A stretch of 29,669 nucleotides of DNA, taken from a virus (Duplodnaviria > Caudoviricetes). Positions 8,527 through 16,177 of this stretch are shown here, piece after piece. Every line of letters begins with the position of its first letter. The first letter of the stretch is position 1. The notes beneath the pieces were generated by a model. That model saw only the letters and a program-made list of their open reading frames with translations, had not been told where the DNA came from and ran no database searches. The position numbers were made by a program, and so were the translations under genes. Where the stretch lies: the IMG/VR virus record IMGVR_UViG_3300025423_000068, positions 1 through 29,669 of that record; one strand, 5' to 3'.

Positions 8527-8931
8527 TTACCTAAACTGAGGCGCAGTATCGCCTCCAGTAGATAGATCAGACCCGCCTGGCATTGATTTGCCTCGCGGGT
8601 CTTGTTTTGATGCGTATAAACGATTGGGTTTGTATATTAGATTTAAAGCTTTTGTTAATTCAAAAAAGCTCTTGTATTCGTGTTTAAAAACACCTCTCCC
8701 ATCTTCCGTCATACGCACAAAAGTGTTATCACTGTATTTGATAATATCTTCTACTTCTCCTGCTGCTACAATGCGTCTTAGTTGCGCTGGATTGTCTTTT
8801 ACTGGTTCAAAGTCAAACATAGTTTTAAGTACGCTCAACTCATCCTTAGTATAAGGAGTCTGCTTTACTACTCTTTCTTCTGTATAGAGAGTGTTATATT
8901 TTTCAGCTAAAACTTTGTAAGCATTACGCAT
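8527..8931 (-). CDS. Hypothetical protein (possible late/head-internal protein)
   Basis: 134-aa ORF overlapping the GT2 stop; TAAATA at 8945-8940, 8 nt before the ATG. Confidence 0.7.
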   Translation of the reverse strand: MRNAYKVLAEKYNTLYTEERVVKQTPYTKDELSVLKTMFDFEPVKDNPAQLRRIVAAGEVEDIIKYSDNTFVRMTEDGRGVFKHEYKSFFELTKALNLIYKPNRLYASKQDPRGKSMPGGSDLSTGGDTAPQFR

Positions 8932-9631
8932 TTACAATATATTTACCATGTTTAAGGTAAAATTTATCATAAACTTCTTTATTACCTTTTGCACCATTAC
9001 CGTTTGGTTTAACAGTATAGATGATAGATGCATTTGGATTTTTAAAAAACGTATAATCAGCTTCTGCTACTCTACACCAATAATCCCAGTCTTCAATACC
9101 GTTTAAATTGTTATCAAAGTAACCTACATCTAAGCATTCACATTTATGTACTGTACCTGATACATAAATGAAGTTACCTTTGAGTAATGCTTGTAAACCT
9201 GGATACTCTGGGTAATCCGCTATACCATAGGGTATAGCTACACTACCATCTACAAAGCGGTGCTTTACAGGGCAATAAACCACATCATAACCTTGTGATA
9301 GAGCTTGTATCTGACTTTCAAGATAGGTTTCATTCCACACATCATCTCCATCACAATAAGCAACATATCTATACGGGTCACAGTCTTTAATTAGTTTTAT
9401 AGCTGTATTGCGTGCTGTACTAACACCACCATTACTCTTATAAACGTATGTAACGTTAGTCGGCTCAATAGCCAAATAGTCTAAAACTTGATGTGCTCTA
9501 TAATTGTATTGTGAACCATCATCAATTAAAAATAGGTGCCAGTCTTTATATGTTTGTTTCTGTATTGCACGAATAGATTTAATGAGAAGCTCTTTCTCAT
9601 TATAATACGGCATTATTATAGCTACACTCAT
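8924..9631 (-). CDS. Glycosyltransferase family 2 (GT-A)
   Basis: SVAIIMPYYN, LIDDGS, NGGVSTARN, YCDGDD (DxD), EDWDYW. Confidence 0.93.
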   Translation of the reverse strand: MSVAIIMPYYNEKELLIKSIRAIQKQTYKDWHLFLIDDGSQYNYRAHQVLDYLAIEPTNVTYVYKSNGGVSTARNTAIKLIKDCDPYRYVAYCDGDDVWNETYLESQIQALSQGYDVVYCPVKHRFVDGSVAIPYGIADYPEYPGLQALLKGNFIYVSGTVHKCECLDVGYFDNNLNGIEDWDYWCRVAEADYTFFKNPNASIIYTVKPNGNGAKGNKEVYDKFYLKHGKYIVNA

Positions 9632-10392
9632 TTTAATATTTCGTTACGTATTTTTGTTGCAGATATATCTTGTAGTTTTTTATCTAAATCGATTTGTTCA
9701 ATCTTATAACCCACATCTCTACCATAGAATATATTAGTAATGTTTGGTACACGTATTATTGTATACTGACCTTCATACCCTCTCATACCGGTACGAATAT
9801 TAGCTTCTACCTCATCTAAGTTAAATGGGTTCTTTTCATCCGTACCTTGAGTGTCTCTAATAGCAATACAAACTTGACCGGTGCGTTTTAAAGCTTCTAA
9901 GATAAGATTTTTATGCCCTTCATGAAATGGTTGGTAACGACCAAGCATAAACGCTGTAGGTTTCTTAGGATTAAAAGTAGGTACTAATATGTTTTTTATC
10001 TTGGTTGCCCAATATAGTGCTGAACCTTCATCTGTCACCACCACATCTGCATTATCAGGCGGGGTAAACATTTTAGTAGTGTCTTCAAAATTTCTAATTG
10101 GTATTCTATGTACCCAAACTATGAATGCTTCTCCAAATGCTTTTCTGGTCTCCGGTGTAGGGCATACGAAATCGGCGATTGCAAAATTATTATTGCGAGT
10201 AGCAATATTACACAAAATACCCATTCTCCGAGCCTGTTCAATTCTATCTGCAGGTGAGAACTTAAGATCTTTATTAATTTCTTTACGTATTTCATCTGCG
10301 TTAAAATGAGTAGCTCCTAATAATTTAGCTAACTCTATTGATAGAGTTGTTTTACCTGCACCAGGTAGTCCCATTATTAGTATCTTTTTCAT
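9628..10392 (-). CDS. Adenylylsulfate-kinase-like P-loop domain fused to an HxGH (cytidylyltransferase-like) nucleotidyltransferase
   Basis: N-terminal GLPGAGKTT, NADEIR...DLKFSPADRIEQARR, ADFVCP, FTPP (CysC-like); C-terminal GRYQPFHEGH, NPF and ISATKIR. Confidence 0.85.
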   Translation of the reverse strand: MKKILIMGLPGAGKTTLSIELAKLLGATHFNADEIRKEINKDLKFSPADRIEQARRMGILCNIATRNNNFAIADFVCPTPETRKAFGEAFIVWVHRIPIRNFEDTTKMFTPPDNADVVVTDEGSALYWATKIKNILVPTFNPKKPTAFMLGRYQPFHEGHKNLILEALKRTGQVCIAIRDTQGTDEKNPFNLDEVEANIRTGMRGYEGQYTIIRVPNITNIFYGRDVGYKIEQIDLDKKLQDISATKIRNEILK

Positions 10393-10398
10393 ACTAAT

Positions 10399-10426
10399 AT
10401 ATTAACTAACTATTTTAATAAATCAA
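10399..10426 (-). promoter_or_regulatory. sigma70-like promoter, leaderless
   Basis: TTGATT (10426-10421), 16 nt, TAATAT (10404-10399), 6 nt, ATG. Confidence 0.6.
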
Positions 10427-11334
10427 TGATGGTGCTTAGCTTTACCTCTACGCATATTAGCTTGCCAATGTGCTAATTGTTTTTTGCGTGGGCTTGCAGA
10501 CTTGCTATGTACGATTTTATCTAAAGCTGAAAGACTGGTGTGCTTTTTAATACCATGACGTTTACTGTCACCTGGCTTACCAGGACCTTTATGATCAATA
10601 AAATTTTCTTGTGTTAATGGATCTCCCATTGATGTTGTACCGAATGGTAAATCAGGAGCAGGATCGCTTTCATCTTCACCTACCTCTACTTCTTTTGGTT
10701 CTTTACCGTCTAAGATAGCCTTTAAATCATTTAATGCTCCGTTACCGCCCTTCCACGAACTTGGACCGGTAATTAAAAACTGTTCTTGATTGCCAGGTGA
10801 AGCATCTATAGATGCATAAATATCGCTTGGTTCAATACCAACCTCTTTCAATGAATCACCCATAGCGCGTAACAAATCACCATTAACTGGTTTACTCCAA
10901 TCATGATTGGAAGCAAGATCTTCTAAATCGTTTACAATGTCATGTATAATTTGCTTTTTATCGATACTATCGTTAAGAGCAATTTCACTTTGACCTTGAT
11001 CATATTCCCCTTCTTGTACTCCAGTTTGATCACCATTCATACAAGGTGTATTAGGTGCATAATCTTCGTTAAAGAAGTCTTTAAATGATTTAAAATCCTT
11101 TCTATTGTATTTTGATTTATCTTTAAATGACTTAGATGGTGGTGGCATACTCTTACGTATACCAGACATTACATCTTTCTGTGTAATCTTTTTAGGTGTT
11201 TTTGATTCTAAAGCATTAGCATATAGTGCTGCTTTATAAGCCTTAGCACTACCAGTAGTGCAGCCCTTTTTCTTACCTGTAGCTTTATTATAAGCACAAG
11301 TCTTATTACCTACTTTACGAAAGTTCCAAGGCAT
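10423..11334 (-). CDS. Modular basic/acidic/basic phage protein, possible head-internal polyprotein
   Basis: Basic N- and C-terminal modules flank an acidic core; FKSFKDFFNE resembles the T4 internal-protein targeting leader; TAAATA 5 nt before the ATG. Confidence 0.75.
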   Translation of the reverse strand: MPWNFRKVGNKTCAYNKATGKKKGCTTGSAKAYKAALYANALESKTPKKITQKDVMSGIRKSMPPPSKSFKDKSKYNRKDFKSFKDFFNEDYAPNTPCMNGDQTGVQEGEYDQGQSEIALNDSIDKKQIIHDIVNDLEDLASNHDWSKPVNGDLLRAMGDSLKEVGIEPSDIYASIDASPGNQEQFLITGPSSWKGGNGALNDLKAILDGKEPKEVEVGEDESDPAPDLPFGTTSMGDPLTQENFIDHKGPGKPGDSKRHGIKKHTSLSALDKIVHSKSASPRKKQLAHWQANMRRGKAKHHH

Positions 11335-11342
11335 AATAGTAT

Positions 11343-11828
11343 TTAGTTATAAATGTGAGGGTTTTCTGCGCCATATTTGCGTAACATGACACCAGCCAAT
11401 GCATTGGCTTCGTTTTCGTTATCTGAACCAGTAGAACCATCTAAAGATTCTGCGCCTAATTGTTCTTTCTGTTTAACATGTACCAGTTCATGTGCTAAAG
11501 TACGAATAATGTCTGCAGTGTTTCTATTACCAGTGTATATCCAGATCTTATGTTCACTCGGCATATAGCTACCCATTGCTTTGAGCTTTAAAACTAATTC
11601 CTTATCTTTATTAAGAGTAATCTCTGGCGGGGTCTTAATACCTAAATGTTCAATTGCATTTGCTACAAAATCATCAATGATGCTTGTTAGTTCTGCTTCT
11701 TCTGTGTTTTCGTTTTTAACGCAATTGTTAACGCGTTTACCTCCCTTGAGTTTGGTACCTACTTTATGGTAACCTTTCCAACAATGGATTTCTGATAAAT
11801 TATTTAAACGCTCGTTAAAACTTTTCAC
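11343..11828 (-). CDS. Zincin-like (HExxH) metallopeptidase-domain protein with N-terminal CWKGY module
   Basis: RTLAHELVHVKQ plus downstream ENEANALAG; CWKGY...KGGKRVNNCVK module; TATAAATA (11841-11834) 5 nt before the GTG. Confidence 0.8.
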   Translation of the reverse strand: MKSFNERLNNLSEIHCWKGYHKVGTKLKGGKRVNNCVKNENTEEAELTSIIDDFVANAIEHLGIKTPPEITLNKDKELVLKLKAMGSYMPSEHKIWIYTGNRNTADIIRTLAHELVHVKQKEQLGAESLDGSTGSDNENEANALAGVMLRKYGAENPHIYN

Positions 11829-11864
11829 TTATATATTTATACTTTAGAGGTGAAAATAGTAAGT

Positions 11865-11930
11865 AAAAAGACGTACCCGAGAGACACCCCTAAACCACCT
11901 TAAACACCCTTAAACACCCTCAGGTACGTC
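11865..11930 (-). terminator. Rho-independent terminator-like hairpin with a large repeat-containing loop
   Basis: Minus strand GACGUACCUGAG / CUCGGGUACGUC 12-bp stem (one G-U pair) followed by UUUUU, just after the stop at 11935. Confidence 0.65.
11883..11920. repeat. 10-bp G/C-skewed tandem repeat (TAAACACCCT-like, about 3.5 copies)
   Basis: gacacccc taaaccacct taaacaccct taaacaccct seen directly. Confidence 0.85.
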
Positions 11931-11934
11931 CTAA

Positions 11935-12144
11935 TTACTGAGCTCTTGCCGTTGTTGCTTTAATCAACGGAGAGCTAAACAGAGAAAATAATAGCATTGA
12001 TGCCAACCATGTTTTTGCATTATATGGTATACAGAGCAATGGAAAAAGCGAATTAAGAGACCAAATAAAAGCAAAAGGTATAAATACTATAACACATCCA
12101 ATGAATATCGTTGCTAATATAGTAGCTATTGTTTTTGCAGTCAT
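11935..12144 (-). CDS. Small two-TM membrane protein
   Basis: 69 aa with two hydrophobic segments; own promoter upstream and terminator-like hairpin downstream. Confidence 0.75.
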   Translation of the reverse strand: MTAKTIATILATIFIGCVIVFIPFAFIWSLNSLFPLLCIPYNAKTWLASMLLFSLFSSPLIKATTARAQ

Positions 12145-12162
12145 TGTCTTAATGTACCTTAT

Positions 12163-12190
12163 ATATTATCACTATAAAGCGAAAAATCAA
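12163..12190 (-). promoter_or_regulatory. sigma70-like promoter
   Basis: TTGATT (12190-12185), 16 nt, TAATAT (12168-12163). Confidence 0.6.
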
Positions 12191-12256
12191 GCTAATACAA
12201 TTACACAAAGCAGTAACTCAGTACAAATTAACACTTCAGTAACGGTAAATAACGAT

Positions 12257-12409
12257 ATGAAATCAAGCGAAATACTATTCAACCAACCTAAACAGCCAGT
12301 AGTAGAAGACCCTAAAGGTGAGGTTAATCGTATACAAGATGTGTTAGAAGCACAACGCGCATTCCTTGCAGAGCGTGAAGCTAAGGCTAAGAAAGCAGAG
12401 AATAAATAA
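12257..12409 (+). CDS. Small 50-aa helical protein (MKSSEILF...)
   Basis: In frame with ORF 12101..12409; TAAATA (12246-12251) 5 nt before ATG 12257. The longer start overlaps the antisense membrane gene and its promoter. Confidence 0.6.
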   Translation: MKSSEILFNQPKQPVVEDPKGEVNRIQDVLEAQRAFLAEREAKAKKAENK

Positions 12410-12410
12410 T

Positions 12411-13913
12411 TTATTGCCAGAGGTTTCTGTTCTGTAAGTTAGCAGCGTCCCAATTATAAAATATATCCCACCAGTCTGTTAATGTAGTGTTTCTAAATGG
12501 GATCTTGTTATTATAACCTGGTATAGACTGAAACAAGAACATAAGCCATTTAAACTGAGCATCTCCTTCGATATAAGAATTATCGTACGTACTCTGACTT
12601 GGTAGATTGTATGTAAGGTTCATCCACATACTACAACTTACCATTTCTTGTTTACCACCTACAGGTACCCAATTGCGTATATCAGATGCAATGAATCTTA
12701 CGTTTTGCCAATCATAATCTGAAGCACTATTAGGTGCAAAGTGCGTATCGCCAACTCTACCAGTAGGCATTCCACCCCCGGGGTAAGGTATACCGACAAA
12801 TTGGTTCCAGAACAAATAGTTTCCGTTTTGTAAAGAACCGCTCGTATCAATATACGACAACTCGCACTCAATTTGATGTCCACGATTGTGCATGTTATCA
12901 GAATACGTTCTACCTAAGTTATATCCATAAACAACATAGGTACTATTATAGATAGGTAATACGTCATTACTTCTATCACTATTAGATATATTGCCTGTAG
13001 TGGGGCTTGACATATAAGACTCAGCGAAATTGATCCACTTACTTTGAGGTATATTGTACAAAGATACTAATGAATATTCTGAACTAATAGGGTAGAAGTT
13101 TAACCATACTTCTTTTACACCTATATTATTAACAAAGTTTTTTAAATTTATGTTTAAAAATATAGGACGTACATCAAGTATAGGATCAGTAGTAGCTGTA
13201 ACCGGTTGATTAGGTACCATCATTGTACTGGCTTCATAAACATTAAACCAACCAACCACTTTAAGTCCTACTTCTGCATCAACATTGGTACCATTATAAT
13301 TTCTAAACTTAGAACCTTCTTCTATACCGTACTTGGTTAGCTTTTGATTATCATTTGTACGTAATTTTACTTGAGTGAGAGTCATGCTACCGTATACATT
13401 GCCTTGCACTGGTGCACGTGTTGTATCTAAATTTATACCATCAACAGTTGGGTAATAGTTTACTACTACTATAGGCACTATAATACGAGCATTCTTTGCG
13501 GGGGTAGTTAAAAATGAATCTAAACTTGCAAGAGGTACAGATTCAATAGGGTTAACATAAATTGTTTCGCTTACCGATACTTTACCTTCTGTTATAGTTA
13601 ATGTGGTATTGCCGCTATGTGCACCAATAAAAGTACTACCACTTTGAGTTAGGAGATACGGGCTTTGAGTTATAGTTAAATCTGAAGGATTATAAATAAC
13701 TGTACCGTTACTATAATCAACTTCTATAATAGGCGTGTATGATTGAGAAATTGCTATTTCTGTACAGGGGTTTGTTATTTTAACCCCTACAACCGTTATA
13801 GGTACAATAATAGGGTTACTGTGTATTGTACGAGACGTTGTAACTGTTTTTAAGTTAGCGCCTAAAGCAGTAGCTATTAATAGTAGATAAACTAACAGTG
13901 TTTTTAATTTCAT
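12411..13913 (-). CDS. Exported protein with Ig-like N-terminal domain and zincin-like C-terminal domain
   Basis: Signal peptide MKLKTLLVYLLLIATALG; Big_2-like segment (GNTTLTITEGKVSVSETIYV); MHNRGHQIE, a degenerate HExGH-type motif. Confidence 0.7.
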   Translation of the reverse strand: MKLKTLLVYLLLIATALGANLKTVTTSRTIHSNPIIVPITVVGVKITNPCTEIAISQSYTPIIEVDYSNGTVIYNPSDLTITQSPYLLTQSGSTFIGAHSGNTTLTITEGKVSVSETIYVNPIESVPLASLDSFLTTPAKNARIIVPIVVVNYYPTVDGINLDTTRAPVQGNVYGSMTLTQVKLRTNDNQKLTKYGIEEGSKFRNYNGTNVDAEVGLKVVGWFNVYEASTMMVPNQPVTATTDPILDVRPIFLNINLKNFVNNIGVKEVWLNFYPISSEYSLVSLYNIPQSKWINFAESYMSSPTTGNISNSDRSNDVLPIYNSTYVVYGYNLGRTYSDNMHNRGHQIECELSYIDTSGSLQNGNYLFWNQFVGIPYPGGGMPTGRVGDTHFAPNSASDYDWQNVRFIASDIRNWVPVGGKQEMVSCSMWMNLTYNLPSQSTYDNSYIEGDAQFKWLMFLFQSIPGYNNKIPFRNTTLTDWWDIFYNWDAANLQNRNLWQ

Positions 13914-13916
13914 ATA

Positions 13917-14138
13917 TTAACCTCTATAACCTAATTTTTGAATACCAGATCTATGACCTGGTCTTGCCATATATTGTTTAGCTTGCTTAAAGCTATCACC
14001 AGACATTACTTGACAGGTACCAGCTGTTTTGTGGTCCCACACCATTACACCAAACCTATTTGCTACCTTTTCTCTTGGTACATAGTTTGGGTCTGGTAGT
14101 ATGCCCATTTCAATTAGTTTCTGTACTCTTGGATCCAT
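13917..14138 (-). CDS. Hypothetical protein
   Basis: Start placed at ATG 14138 (MDPRVQKL), 1 nt after the upstream stop, rather than at 14168. Confidence 0.65.
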   Translation of the reverse strand: MDPRVQKLIEMGILPDPNYVPREKVANRFGVMVWDHKTAGTCQVMSGDSFKQAKQYMARPGHRSGIQKLGYRG

Positions 14139-14139
14139 A

Positions 14140-14385
14140 TTATGTAATAATGCGATGATATAAGTCAAGAACCGCTGGGGTGTCTAATTCTTGAAAGAAT
14201 TCTTTAATATATTTCCTTACATCGTTTTCAGACATAGGAATGTTATTAATATAGTATTCTTCCTTATTATCGTGATTAAACGGAATACCAAAGTATTTGT
14301 TTAATAATTCGTTGCCAATTTTTTCAATATTTTGGCTACGAACATATTCGTTAATGTATTCTCGCATTGAAGCGACTGTTTGCAT
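14140..14385 (-). CDS. Hypothetical protein
   Basis: 81-aa ORF downstream of a near-consensus promoter. Confidence 0.7.
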   Translation of the reverse strand: MQTVASMREYINEYVRSQNIEKIGNELLNKYFGIPFNHDNKEEYYINNIPMSENDVRKYIKEFFQELDTPAVLDLYHRIIT

Positions 14386-14425
14386 ATTATCTTGTTTTTA
14401 TTGTTTGTTTAAGTTAACAAATACA

Positions 14426-14453
14426 ATAATAGCACAAATGCCTAATATGTCAA
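14426..14453 (-). promoter_or_regulatory. Near-consensus sigma70-like promoter with extended -10
   Basis: TTGACA (14453-14448), 16 nt ending TGC, TATTAT (14431-14426). Confidence 0.7.
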
Positions 14454-14454
14454 G

Positions 14455-14628
14455 AAAAAAATAAATGCCTTTATGGTAAACTCTACAGCCCTGTATTTTA
14501 CTATAGATACACCGCGAAGGTATACGCTAACGCGTGGGTACGTTAACAACGCGCAGGGTTCAGGCTCACTTGAAGAAGAGTCTTTGTAATGTAAGCGATT
14601 AAACTTACAAAGTGTTAAAAGAACGAAA
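14455..14628 (-). ncRNA. Candidate structured non-coding RNA (~170 nt), family not recognised
   Basis: Own promoter, boxA-like CGTTCTTTTAACA at the 5' end, GC-rich core with nested helices, 3' U-run, and no minus-strand ATG ORF. Confidence 0.6.
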
Positions 14629-14631
14629 GGT

Positions 14632-14660
14632 ATTATAGTACCTGATTAGGTTAAAATCAA
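14632..14660 (-). promoter_or_regulatory. sigma70-like promoter driving the candidate ncRNA
   Basis: TTGATT (14660-14655), 17 nt, TATAAT (14637-14632). Confidence 0.75.
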
Positions 14661-14674
14661 GTACTATTTTTTAA

Positions 14675-14812
14675 TTATTGCTGAGGCTGATTTGAATCAG
14701 TAGCTGCTGGTGTTGCAGGAGCTGCTGATGAAGCGGATTTCTTAGCGAAGAATTTCTTATAAGCTACGAAGCCTGCTGCTGCAAGAACAAGAATAATGAT
14801 TGTTGTTTTCAT
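14675..14812 (-). CDS. 45-aa single-TM peptide absent from the ORF track (MKTTIIILVLAAAGFVAYKKFFAKKSASSAAPATPAATDSNQPQQ)
   Basis: Hand translation; TAAATA (14825-14820) 7 nt before the ATG; fills the gap between the glycosylase stop and the ncRNA promoter. Confidence 0.75.
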   Translation of the reverse strand: MKTTIIILVLAAAGFVAYKKFFAKKSASSAAPATPAATDSNQPQQ

Positions 14813-14818
14813 ACGTTA

Positions 14819-15271
14819 TTATTTACTGGTTAAAACTTGAAATGTATCGGGATTACTCGAGGGCCAGATATACTGTAAGTCTTCTGGTGTATCCGGAAAT
14901 TGTTGTTTATAATAGTCTGGATATTTCTGTATTAGCATTGATTGATGTGTTAAGTGTACATCTAACATACCTAACCACCAAGGATACGTTGTAGGTTTGG
15001 ATATATCGTAGTATGCACCTATTTTCTCATAACATGTATCCTTATAACCACGTTCTTTCCATACTTCACAAACAGTCATACCATACTCAGCTAAAGCGTT
15101 CTCATGTCCACGCCACATTTCCCGGCAAGGGTGGTTCTTCCAACCTTTATAATCAGGTTTATGAAACGAGTTAAGAAGTTGTAATACTTCAACACGCTGC
15201 TTACCGAGTCTTTTCATATCAAGACTTTTAGCAGATTCTCGAAAGTTAGCGAATGGTAGAAATGTTTGCAC
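14819..15271 (-). CDS. Pyrimidine-dimer DNA glycosylase/endonuclease V superfamily protein (MSMEG_6728 family)
   Basis: MQTFLP...LDMKRLGKQRVEVLQ, GWKNHPCREMWRGHE, PWWLG...H.THQS.L..K.P..Y, YIWP. Confidence 0.9.
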   Translation of the reverse strand: MQTFLPFANFRESAKSLDMKRLGKQRVEVLQLLNSFHKPDYKGWKNHPCREMWRGHENALAEYGMTVCEVWKERGYKDTCYEKIGAYYDISKPTTYPWWLGMLDVHLTHQSMLIQKYPDYYKQQFPDTPEDLQYIWPSSNPDTFQVLTSK

Positions 15272-15292
15272 GATAGATAAATAAGTTAATTA

Positions 15293-16171
15293 ATGAAAGT
15301 TGCTTTTATAACTGCTATATTAGGAAATTATGAACTAACATGCAAGCCTTTTGTTGAGCAAACTATAGATACCGATTTTATATGCTTTACAGATAATATC
15401 AACATACCCAGTAATGGGTGGATAGTAGACACTACACCATACTGGAAAGAGTTTTCTTCAAAAGTAGATGATGGATTGTATATCAACTCTACTAATAAGT
15501 CAGAAAAACTTACCAGATGGGCAGAGGCATCATCTTCAGATTTGTTGAGTAATTTAAACAATTTTAATTTAGCAAAGTATTATAAACAGGCCTGGCACAA
15601 CATACCACGCTTAAAAGAGTATGATGTGGTGATATGGTTAGATGGTACTATACAAATTACAGCTGCAGATGTTGCTGAATATATGATTGAGCTTTGTGCA
15701 AAGTATGATATTGTTAGTTGGCAGCACGAATTGAGAGCAGGCCATTTAGCATGGGAAGCATTTGGTTCGTATCTATCCAAGTATACAAGTAGAGAGTATG
15801 CTGGTAAGTGTCAACCATATCAAGACGTCATACGACAGTATCACGATTATATAAGAGATGGGTATGATGAAGATTTTTGGGTTAACTACCCCCGTAAAGA
15901 GGGTAGAGGTGATGGTATGTACAAGGACGACCACTTTGGTGTTTGGTTGACGTGCTTTGTTGCGTTTAATAACCGTAACGATAAAGTAAAAGATTTCTTA
16001 GATAGATGGTATTTGCAGACACTTAAATATACTACTCAAGATCAGGTTAGCTTTCCTAAAGTAGTACAGGATACCGGTATTGTACCTTATACATTACCGG
16101 ATACTCGGTTTACTGGAGACTACCCTCATGTAAGTACTTCAATCTTTATTAAACAAGATCACCAAAAGTAA
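15293..16171 (+). CDS. DUF616/TOD1-MUCI70-like glycosyltransferase
   Basis: TAILGNYE, DFICFTDN, AKYYK, IWLDG (DxD-like), DQVSFP; TAAATA at 15278-15283. Confidence 0.8.
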   Translation: MKVAFITAILGNYELTCKPFVEQTIDTDFICFTDNINIPSNGWIVDTTPYWKEFSSKVDDGLYINSTNKSEKLTRWAEASSSDLLSNLNNFNLAKYYKQAWHNIPRLKEYDVVIWLDGTIQITAADVAEYMIELCAKYDIVSWQHELRAGHLAWEAFGSYLSKYTSREYAGKCQPYQDVIRQYHDYIRDGYDEDFWVNYPRKEGRGDGMYKDDHFGVWLTCFVAFNNRNDKVKDFLDRWYLQTLKYTTQDQVSFPKVVQDTGIVPYTLPDTRFTGDYPHVSTSIFIKQDHQK

Positions 16172-16177
16172 TCAAGC

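Noticed and set aside
11883-11920. Mini CRISPR array
   Set aside because: Units are 10 bp and directly adjacent, with no unique spacers and no cas genes.
12101-12256. N-terminal TM extension of ORF 12101..12409
   Set aside because: It is the antisense shadow of the membrane gene 11935..12144 and its promoter; ATG 12257 is better supported.
14545-14575. tRNA suggested by GGTTCAG (T-loop-like)
   Set aside because: The flanks do not form a T-stem and no cloverleaf can be built on either strand.
14473-14589. Plus-strand 38-aa ORF (MVNSTALYF...) as the explanation of the GC-rich gap
   Set aside because: No plus-strand promoter seen; the promoter, boxA-like motif, U-run and most G-U pairs point to a minus-strand RNA. 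Not fully excluded.
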